Virus record (IMG/VR): IMGVR_UViG_3300037067_005096
Span: 48,084-112,083 of that record
From: a virus
Taxonomy: Duplodnaviria; Caudoviricetes
DNA length: 64,000 nt
Reading direction: 5' to 3' (one strand)
Shown piece after piece: positions 56,936 through 64,000 of this stretch. Position numbers and translations under genes: made by a program. The notes beneath the pieces are model-generated. The model had not been told where the DNA came from and made no database searches. It saw nothing but the letters and a program-made list of their open reading frames with translations. Each line of letters starts with the position of its first letter. Within the stretch, counting starts at the first letter, position 1.

Positions 56936-57730
56936 CTACGATTCCTTATAGTATTCTACTTCGACCTCAGCCTGCTCGAAAAGCAGCTTTGCCATCGTAT
57001 CGTACTCTCCGGTATCCAGGCATACTACCTTCTTGATTCCTGCATTGATGAGTGCCCCAGCACATCGCTGGCATGGCAGCCCACAATAGCAGTAGATAGT
57101 TGCTCCAGCGATGCAGATGCCGTTCTTAGCTGCATTTGCCACAGCATTCTCTTCCCCGTGTTGCGCCGGACAGAACTCTATGCCTTCTCCAGACTTGAAT
57201 CCCATTCGCTTACGAGGACAGAATACCCCGTTAGTGCCCTCTGGAAACTGACATAGACGTGAACCTGCCGGGCTGCCATTGTAGCCCATTGACAGGATTT
57301 GCCGGTCTCGAACTACGACCACTCCTATATGCCGGGATGCACATTTAGACATCTGGCTAATTGCCTTAGCAATCTCCATGAAGAGGTCATCCCAACGAGC
57401 AGGGTACGTGGAACGTTTTCTCATAGCATCGGCAAACTCTGGGTTCTTTGGATTCATCCACCAACAATGTGGCCCAGAAACTTGCTGCGACACCGGGATA
57501 GGCTCCGGTTCGTCATCATCGTCATCATCCAGAACAGGGAAGTAGTCCCCAGACATAATCTCAGGAATACCTTTACTGTTGACAAAGCCATCACTCATAG
57601 CTCGAAAACGACCAATGAATGTGCCATCCGGCTCTGTCATTCTGAATCCCTGGCCTTTCTTGACATCAGCCAAACTTTCGACAGTTTGCCAGACACCTTT
57701 ACTCTCTACTTCAACTTTACGCATTTCCAT
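56936..57730 (-). CDS. dCMP deaminase with N-terminal extra domain
   Basis: SMGYNG, HGEENA, PCQRC. Confidence 0.9.
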   Translation of the reverse strand: MEMRKVEVESKGVWQTVESLADVKKGQGFRMTEPDGTFIGRFRAMSDGFVNSKGIPEIMSGDYFPVLDDDDDDEPEPIPVSQQVSGPHCWWMNPKNPEFADAMRKRSTYPARWDDLFMEIAKAISQMSKCASRHIGVVVVRDRQILSMGYNGSPAGSRLCQFPEGTNGVFCPRKRMGFKSGEGIEFCPAQHGEENAVANAAKNGICIAGATIYCYCGLPCQRCAGALINAGIKKVVCLDTGEYDTMAKLLFEQAEVEVEYYKES

Positions 57731-57739
57731 GTTACTTAG

Positions 57740-57961
57740 TTACCTCCTCAACTTTCTAACTATCCAACCAAGTCCCGCAGCAATAGCCAGCAGGAACAGC
57801 AAGTCATAGAGTATCACCCCGTCACCGTGATTGCCCACGGACAACAGTGCATACTCACCTATTCGCAGGATGTCAAGGTTCCATCGAACCTCTTCTCGCT
57901 CAGTGTCGAGATTGTATATCCTTTCCCATTCTACCAGGAACGGAGTCACTTTGTTTTTCAT
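57740..57961 (-). CDS. Small membrane protein
   Basis: C-terminal TM segment. Confidence 0.6.
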   Translation of the reverse strand: MKNKVTPFLVEWERIYNLDTEREEVRWNLDILRIGEYALLSVGNHGDGVILYDLLFLLAIAAGLGWIVRKLRR

Positions 57962-58281
57962 GTCAGCCTCCTCACCTCAGCCCGCAGTCTGAATATCTCG
58001 TTGAGCAGCCCATTGAGTGCTGTGAAGGCCCCAGCCAGGATGTCTGCCATCTGCTCAGCCTTACCCATATCGTTGTGGTAGACTGTCACAACAATCTTCT
58101 TGCTGCTCTTACTCAGTCTGCTCTCGAATGTACAGTCGTAATTGTCTGAGGCTTCCATCATTCGCTTGATGTAGCCTTTCAAAGTTTCCTCCGAGAAGAT
58201 TTCCGTGTCGCCCCACTCTTCGGCTCCCAGAATGAACTCCTCGATGGTCTTAGGTTCCTTGTTCGTCTTAGGCACAGGCAT
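57958..58281 (-). CDS. Hypothetical protein
   Basis: Overlapping operon ORF. Confidence 0.65.
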   Translation of the reverse strand: MPVPKTNKEPKTIEEFILGAEEWGDTEIFSEETLKGYIKRMMEASDNYDCTFESRLSKSSKKIVVTVYHNDMGKAEQMADILAGAFTALNGLLNEIFRLRAEVRRLT

Positions 58282-58501
58282 GTGCTTCCCCTTTCTGTGG
58301 ATGTTGTTCCAGGAAGTCCCGGATGGTGAGGTATGGTTGTCTAACTAACTCCGCTAACCCCACACGTCCGACAACTTCATGACAGTCGTTGCATAGCCTA
58401 CAATAGACATGCACTCCATCACTCTTGACGGAGAAGTATCCTGCGTCCGGGGTAAATCCCGGCAGCGATTCAACTATACTTGTATTGGCGTGGTCACACA
58501 T
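58268..58501 (-). CDS. Hypothetical protein
   Basis: Operon ORF. Confidence 0.55.
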   Translation of the reverse strand: MCDHANTSIVESLPGFTPDAGYFSVKSDGVHVYCRLCNDCHEVVGRVGLAELVRQPYLTIRDFLEQHPQKGEAHACA

Positions 58502-58503
58502 TC

Positions 58504-59715
58504 TCAGATTTCCGCCTCCAGTATCTCAAGCTGAGTTTCTTCCTCCGACGTGAGTGTCACCCGCCAGTTCTTGAATGCCAGTTGAATATGTTCCCAAGTT
58601 GTGTAGCCCATCGTCTTGAATAATCCTCTAAGTGCATGGACGTGCGCCTTGTGAACATCCTCACCAGCACTGGTGTTGAAGAACAGAGTTTTCAGGTGCG
58701 CAGCCAGCACCAGGTCTGGCACAAAGACCTCCGTGCCCTCGTTGTCGATTAGCAAGACTTGCGGCAAGCCCACGCATTTGTGGTTTTCAGCGATGCACGT
58801 GACGAATGCTTCCTCCCGGTCAGGTTCGTATGATAAGGAGTAGATGTCGCCCCGTGTCGAAGTTTTCGATACTGCTATATAAGGTAGTAGTCTCGTTTCC
58901 AGTGTGAACCTCAGCAGTCTGGTCAGCAAAGCATCCGGGCTGGCAAAAGGCTCAGCGTGCTTTATCTGAGGCACAATGTGTCTCGGTAGCTCTGGTGCAT
59001 CCGGCAGAGAGTCGTTTGTCACATCCCCCCACAGGATGACGTTCGGCTTGGTCACCGTTTTCTGATACGGTTTGATTGATAGTAAGACCGGTATGCCATC
59101 TTCTCCAATGGAAAAGACCGTCTTACCTGGATGAGTCCACACAGGATACTTCGTTGGCGAGCCATATAGATTCATGACATCGACACCCAATCGAAGCTCT
59201 CGCTGGATTTCCAGGTTGCTCAGCACCGAGTCTGTCAGAGCCGATGCTGACAGTGTGTATACTACCTGCGCCTGTTGTCCGCAGCCAACTTCCGGGTTGG
59301 AGTCGGGCCATGTCATGAGGATGCCGTCTATCATCGAGCCAGAGTTATTTGTGCAACTAAGTAGACGGTCACAGCCCAATTTGAATACAGCTACTTCTTC
59401 TCCTGGACGTGATTCTACTGATATTCGGTGGAGAAGCACATAATGGCTTGGCCCCTGCATACCCCACTGTTGGATATAGAGCTTGATTCGCTTTGCTTTC
59501 GGGCAAAGTTCCCGGAGTCGCTGTTGAATCGGATTGTCAGGGGATGGGTCAGTGGTCGTGCATTCTTTCATGAATGCCCCCACACGGTTCCTCTGCGCCC
59601 GGTATTGTTTGATGATGCTATCCGGCGAACTGTCCTCTGTATATAAGGTACAGAGAGCCAGAGCTATGCTATGGGCAGCACCATACAATGGTTGATTCTT
59701 GATTTGTACTCGCAT
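58504..59715 (-). CDS. Hypothetical protein (403 aa)
   Basis: Long ORF, GGGGAG RBS, promoter TTGACA-17-TATAGT upstream. Confidence 0.75.
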   Translation of the reverse strand: MRVQIKNQPLYGAAHSIALALCTLYTEDSSPDSIIKQYRAQRNRVGAFMKECTTTDPSPDNPIQQRLRELCPKAKRIKLYIQQWGMQGPSHYVLLHRISVESRPGEEVAVFKLGCDRLLSCTNNSGSMIDGILMTWPDSNPEVGCGQQAQVVYTLSASALTDSVLSNLEIQRELRLGVDVMNLYGSPTKYPVWTHPGKTVFSIGEDGIPVLLSIKPYQKTVTKPNVILWGDVTNDSLPDAPELPRHIVPQIKHAEPFASPDALLTRLLRFTLETRLLPYIAVSKTSTRGDIYSLSYEPDREEAFVTCIAENHKCVGLPQVLLIDNEGTEVFVPDLVLAAHLKTLFFNTSAGEDVHKAHVHALRGLFKTMGYTTWEHIQLAFKNWRVTLTSEEETQLEILEAEI

Positions 59716-60424
59716 GACATTTCTCCCCTGTTCACTGCGTAACCACGTGACTCCCTATTGGATTAGCCCCAATGGTTACCCCGTAGCTATTTCCACTATA
59801 CCACAAGGGTACTTGGCTGTCAAGCAAATTCTGTAGGAAAAATTTGCCATTAAGGAATTGCAGGGCTGGAATTTCCCAGTAAAGATGCTTGGAAATGATT
59901 TGCCTTATACTTACTTACTTACTTTTTTGTACAAAGAAGTAGAGTAATAGGTAGAATACGTAGTTCCACTTGCATAAATCGTGTGAGAGTGGTAGGCAAA
60001 TGAAATGTATGATGTATGGTAACGTGTATGTTGAGCGTGGATAGTGTTGTAATGTTGTAGTGTATTGGTAAATGTTACTTCGGAATCAGATACACATATA
60101 CTCGTGATGCGAGGGATAGTGGTGCATGACGCATGATTACGTGATTTCATGGTATGGTGCGCGGGGTCTGTACATGTGAGTATATGTATTTCCGATTCTG
60201 TAGTAAGAACTACCAGTACTATGCAACATGGGAACGAACTTCACGCTCAGGGACTCCAATACCATACAACATAGAAAAATTTACCATACTGCTTTTTGGC
60301 AAAATCAGCGATGCAAATGTGTATTTGTCTTATTTCGATACCACATTACAACATTCGTGTTTCGATACGCACCCACTTCAAAAAATTCTCGGAGTAAGAA
60401 TTCCCACTACTATGCGACATTGAA

Positions 60425-60502
60425 GCTGCGGCGCATTTTGGGCTGCGGCGGAGTTCATGGGCTGCGGCGACTGCGGTGGCTGCGGCGACTTTTCCTGCGG
60501 CG
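60425..60502 (+). repeat. Six clustered copies of (G)CTGCGG(C/T)G
   Basis: At 60425, 60442, 60461, 60471, 60479, 60495. Confidence 0.8.
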
Positions 60503-60921
60503 GCTGGCGTCGTTTCGGCGTCTCGCGGTCACACAGACGACAGGCACACACGCACTCACACCCCGCAATCTTACTAGCTAGTACTACGGTGACCGTGTTA
60601 CTAGCTAGTCAAACTACCAGTTTTGCCCGAATATGAGCTATGTGCTATATTCTATGTTACTATATACTATGTAGTATCCCCGCCCCTGCCAGTTCGATTA
60701 TACCATGCCGGGCGCACTTTCCGCCACTGTTGACCTGTCTTCATGAAATCAGGTATTTTTACCAGTAGTCGTGGAGGAGTTCTTGCACTATAATGAAGAT
60801 GAAGGGATAACCAGTTCCCGGTCAAGAGACATGGAGAAGTTGGGGAATCTTGCTCATGAGGCTAGTGGGCAATGCACTCTGTGTACTCCCTTCTGGGCAA
60901 TCATTCAATTGGAGGGGTTCG

Positions 60922-61827
60922 GTGACCGTTAGGCCACAAACACTTGATACGTACGTTGGGCAGGAACACATTAAGGGGCTACTCAGAATTGCAATAGACA
61001 AGGCTAAGAAGTCTAATAAGCAGTTCGGTCACGTGCTCGCATTCGGCCCCGCTGGAACTGGCAAAACAACCTTGAGTCAAATCCTGGCAAAAGAACTAGG
61101 TTATGAGTTTGTCGGTCTCACAGCTTCTAAAGAGATGACCGTGCCCCTATTGCGCAGTCTACTGCTTAACTTGGATGTTCGGGGTTATGGGTCTGGGGGT
61201 CAATGGAAACCCGGAGCAAAGAGGTTCTTGGTATTCATAGACGAAATCTCTGAGCTAAAGCCCTCTCTTTGGGAATCGGTTTTGCTCAACGCGATGGAAG
61301 ATTGTGAGATACATGACGAGAAGGGCACAACCTACTGGTTGCCTGATTGGACTCTGGTCGGAGCTACTACAACGCCCTATGTCTTGAGAGCACCCGCTTT
61401 GTCACGATTTTCGTGGCAATTGCATCTACAGACATATTCAGTTCCAGAACTGGTAACCATGATAACTCGTCAGTATCCTACCATGAGTAAGGATACAGCT
61501 ACCGAAGTGGCTAACCGTAGTCGTGGAATCGCACGTTTGGGGCTGTCTTTTGCGGACTCGGTGCATGACTTGGGGTTGGCTTACTTTGATGCCGCAGGAA
61601 TTGACAACCGGGGTCTCAATGAGCTTGACCGTTCATACCTTCAGGCACTCGAAGCATCTAATGGTAAGGGTATGAGTGTGCAGAGCATAGCTAACGTAGT
61701 TAGAGAGTTGCCTAAGACACTTACCACATTCGTGGAACCGGAACTTTTGAGGCTCGGTCTCATAGAGATAGTTCCACATGTGGGTAGGGTACTGGTGACG
61801 CAGGGTAGAGGGCCAAAGGGAAAGTAG
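60922..61827 (+). CDS. ruvB: RuvB-like AAA+ branch-migration motor
   Basis: RPQTLDTYVGQ, GPAGTGKTT, FIDEI, AMED, LVGATT, SRF, SRG..R, GLNELD, VEPEL; GTG start after GGAGG. Confidence 0.85.
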   Translation: MTVRPQTLDTYVGQEHIKGLLRIAIDKAKKSNKQFGHVLAFGPAGTGKTTLSQILAKELGYEFVGLTASKEMTVPLLRSLLLNLDVRGYGSGGQWKPGAKRFLVFIDEISELKPSLWESVLLNAMEDCEIHDEKGTTYWLPDWTLVGATTTPYVLRAPALSRFSWQLHLQTYSVPELVTMITRQYPTMSKDTATEVANRSRGIARLGLSFADSVHDLGLAYFDAAGIDNRGLNELDRSYLQALEASNGKGMSVQSIANVVRELPKTLTTFVEPELLRLGLIEIVPHVGRVLVTQGRGPKGK

Positions 61828-61921
61828 TACAAAAATACCTACATTTGTTCACAAGTATAGGTATTTCTATCCAAAAATACTAGCTAGTACTACGGTCAAG
61901 CTCTGTTTTCACTCGAAAACT

Positions 61922-61966
61922 CTGGTATTTGTACCAGTTGCGAATGGAATGGAAATTGCATATAAT
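61922..61966 (+). promoter_or_regulatory. Promoter with palindrome
   Basis: CTGGTATTTGTACCAG-TTGCGA-17-TATAAT. Confidence 0.8.
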
Positions 61967-61997
61967 ATAGGTAGACAATCAACTTCGGAGGCACGAC

Positions 61998-62216
61998 ATG
62001 GCATGGATTCTAGGCTCTGCTACAGAGCAGGAAGTCACTTCTTTGCGCAGGGCAGGTTACGAAGTCACTACTATAGATGAGTGTCAAGAGATTGCTCTAT
62101 TCAATGGGATAGATGAGGAACGCCCGGCTACTGATAGCATGGTCATGGTGTGGGTAGACTGTGATGTTCTTGACCTTACTGACTTGCACACAATGAAGGA
62201 AGAGGTAAGGCTATAA
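61998..62216 (+). CDS. Hypothetical protein
   Basis: GGAGG RBS. Confidence 0.7.
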   Translation: MAWILGSATEQEVTSLRRAGYEVTTIDECQEIALFNGIDEERPATDSMVMVWVDCDVLDLTDLHTMKEEVRL

Positions 62217-62626
62217 TGTACATCAAGCCGACAGTCGTATTGATAGATGAGACGGAATACTGGGATAGCACGCTTGCAGAGCAGGCAGGTAAGATATACG
62301 GGGTATACTTGTTTGATGCTAACAAGGTCGTGCATTGTTGTGAGTTGACCGGTTCACGAGAGTTAGAGGCTCTTGACGTTGCGATTCTCAACAATGAGAC
62401 TTGCCCGGAACCCGTGCGTGATGAGATAGAGGAACAATGGAGACTCTGCACGGAACCCGTGATGTATGTTCACGTGTATGATGTTGACCGTCTGAAGGTA
62501 TTCCCACAAGCTACTCAACGCTGTAAAGCTGATGAGTATGATGAGGCATGGGAAGGGATTCTGGAATACTACCAGTGCAATAGTCCCTACTACGCCCTCC
62601 CGGAGGAGTCCCTACAGGCGGCTTGA
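62216..62626 (+). CDS. Acidic hypothetical protein
   Basis: GAGG RBS, TAATG overlap. Confidence 0.72.
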   Translation: MYIKPTVVLIDETEYWDSTLAEQAGKIYGVYLFDANKVVHCCELTGSRELEALDVAILNNETCPEPVRDEIEEQWRLCTEPVMYVHVYDVDRLKVFPQATQRCKADEYDEAWEGILEYYQCNSPYYALPEESLQAA

Positions 62627-62630
62627 AAAC

Positions 62631-62675
62631 CCCGTACGTTTACCAGTTCCAATGGAATGGAACTTGCGGTATAAT
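62631..62675 (+). promoter_or_regulatory. Promoter with palindrome half-site
   Basis: TACCAG-TTCCAA-TGGAATGGAACTTGCGG-TATAAT. Confidence 0.75.
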
Positions 62676-62705
62676 TAGTTAGATAGACAATATCGGAGGT
62701 AGGCT

Positions 62706-63293
62706 ATGAGGTTTCGCAAAGATGATATTGAGAGGCACACGGAAGGTGGGTACGGATGTCCTTACCCGGCTGTCAATGTCAAGGTGTATTCTATGGGATG
62801 CACTATACAGGATGTAGTTGACAGGTTCGGATGTTCTGAGGAAGTGGCGGAGAAGGCTCTACAGTTCGCATACGAAATGGAGTGTGAGTCCTTCTGGGAA
62901 TACTGGCAGGATACCACGGGCTGTTTTGAAAACGGTCTCTATGGCTCGCCGGAATACGCATACTTTCCTGGTGAGAAGGTCATGGTCTATGGGGCAGGCC
63001 GCTCTGGTGGTTGGCTTATAGTTCAGGGACTTCCTCCGGTAGAGGAATGGGATGCTATAGCGGTAGCCCGGTGGAACAAGTTCCAGAAGGCCGTCAAAGA
63101 GGATGTCAAGTACAAAATGGGCAAGGATGTCTTGCTTGAGGATATTGACTCGAATCGTTGGTACCTTGAGCACAGTACCCAATTTAACTACTTCCAGAAG
63201 TCAGATGGAAGCTCTGTGTGCATCGCTGAAGTCAAGGCGGACATAATCGCATACGCCGAAAAGACTCACGGGTTTGTGCCCGCACTTCCTTAG
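62706..63293 (+). CDS. Hypothetical protein
   Basis: GGAGGT RBS; GRSGGWL motif. Confidence 0.75.
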   Translation: MRFRKDDIERHTEGGYGCPYPAVNVKVYSMGCTIQDVVDRFGCSEEVAEKALQFAYEMECESFWEYWQDTTGCFENGLYGSPEYAYFPGEKVMVYGAGRSGGWLIVQGLPPVEEWDAIAVARWNKFQKAVKEDVKYKMGKDVLLEDIDSNRWYLEHSTQFNYFQKSDGSSVCIAEVKADIIAYAEKTHGFVPALP

Positions 63294-63424
63294 CAGCAGC
63301 GGCATGTGCAGCAGCGGCATGGCTGGTAGAAATACCTGGTCGTGCCGCTTTTTTGCATCCTGGTAATCGTACTAGCTAGTACCACGGTTGCAATCTACCC
63401 TGGCAATTGTACGGGGTTGCAAAA

Positions 63425-63469
63425 CAGGTATTCTTACCAGTTCCATTGGAACGGAACTTGCGGTATAAT
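63425..63469 (+). promoter_or_regulatory. Promoter with palindrome
   Basis: CAGGTATTCTTACCAG-TTCCAT-TGGAACGGAACTTGCGG-TATAAT. Confidence 0.78.
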
Positions 63470-63501
63470 CTTAGTAGAACAATCAACTCGGAGGTATTCT
63501 A

Positions 63502-64000
63502 ATGAAAGGCAAGGTGAAGCTAACCCCGACCGATAAAGCTCTGATAGCACAGCTTACAGAGAACACAGGCACACACATGCTTGATTCGGGCGGGGCTTAT
63601 GGCCGACATTGGGAACAGAATCAAGGCCGTAAGTTTGTAGATGAACCGGAATCGGTGCTTAGCTTCAAGTACGGTATTGAAGTCACGCACAACGTATTCC
63701 ACTGGCTTAGGGAACGTGTCGAGTATGACTCTGACATGACACGCAAGTTCCGGGCATTCACTCGCAGGAAGAAGTACGAAGACAGCTATTGGCCGGAAAT
63801 CATTGAAGACTTTGCACGACTTCACGGCGGAAGGTTTGACCAAGACTGCATGGGCATGGTGAACACCTATAACGGGGAAGACTTGCTCAGTCAAACACTC
63901 CAGTACTTTCAGTGGTATAGCCGGGAAGACTGTGCAGAGTTTGTACTGCTTCAGATTCACGGGGGTTGCGATGTTCGGGGCGGATATACTGTACCGAAGG
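63502..64000 (+). CDS. Hypothetical phage protein, truncated by window edge
   Basis: Read manually: GGAGGT RBS, MKGKVKLTPTDKALIAQLTENTGTHMLDSGGAYGRHWE..., open to the end. Confidence 0.75.
   Translation, partial: MKGKVKLTPTDKALIAQLTENTGTHMLDSGGAYGRHWEQNQGRKFVDEPESVLSFKYGIEVTHNVFHWLRERVEYDSDMTRKFRAFTRRKKYEDSYWPEIIEDFARLHGGRFDQDCMGMVNTYNGEDLLSQTLQYFQWYSREDCAEFVLLQIHGGCDVRGGYTVPK

Noticed and set aside
60425-60502. CRISPR array or Chi sites
   Set aside because: Repeats are only 8-9 bp with irregular short spacing and do not match GCTGGTGG
59911-60581. ORFs in the strand-switch region
   Set aside because: No RBS; compositions reflect nucleotide skew and repeats
63520-63960. Minus-strand 146-aa ORF
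   Set aside because: Antisense to the plus-strand ORF starting at 63502, which has a promoter and RBS
1-64000. Stop-codon reassignment
   Set aside because: Long intact ORFs under the standard code; TAA, TAG and TGA all end recognisable genes

Overview
A 64-kb segment of a large tailed dsDNA phage; no integrase or host housekeeping block is visible. Most genes are on the minus strand. From the left: a DNA methyltransferase, T4-gp20-like portal and large terminase; replication/recombination genes (family A DNA polymerase with an N-terminal UDG-like domain, SSB-like protein, SNF2 and DinG helicases, primase-helicase, Cas4/RecB-like nuclease, VRR-NUC nuclease, Gam-like protein); a full dNTP-supply set (NrdJ, ThyX, dUTPase, dCMP deaminase, dNMP kinase, NDK, HD and MazG-like hydrolases); a dispersed heptose/glycan module (GmhA, HddA, HldE-type kinase, GmhB, sugar-1-P nucleotidyltransferase, 2 glycosyltransferases, several O-methyltransferases); and a translation-support module (tmRNA, 16 tRNAs, RtcB, Rnl2-like ligase, Pol-beta nucleotidyltransferase, Rmf-like protein). 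After a ~1.1-kb non-coding strand switch, a plus-strand block starts with a RuvB homologue. Best leads: (1) a phage nucleotide-heptose pathway; (2) two ORFs whose stop codon is U8-A9-G10 of a downstream tRNA, plus a tmRNA with a 33-residue tag; (3) three tRNAs with a co-varying A18/G55 elbow and three tRNA-Leu without a long variable arm; (4) a 16-bp palindrome CTGGTA-N4-TACCAG abutting the -35 box of about 13 promoters; (5) a catalytically dead stand-alone Hint domain coupled to terL. Product calls come from motif recognition by eye, not database searches.
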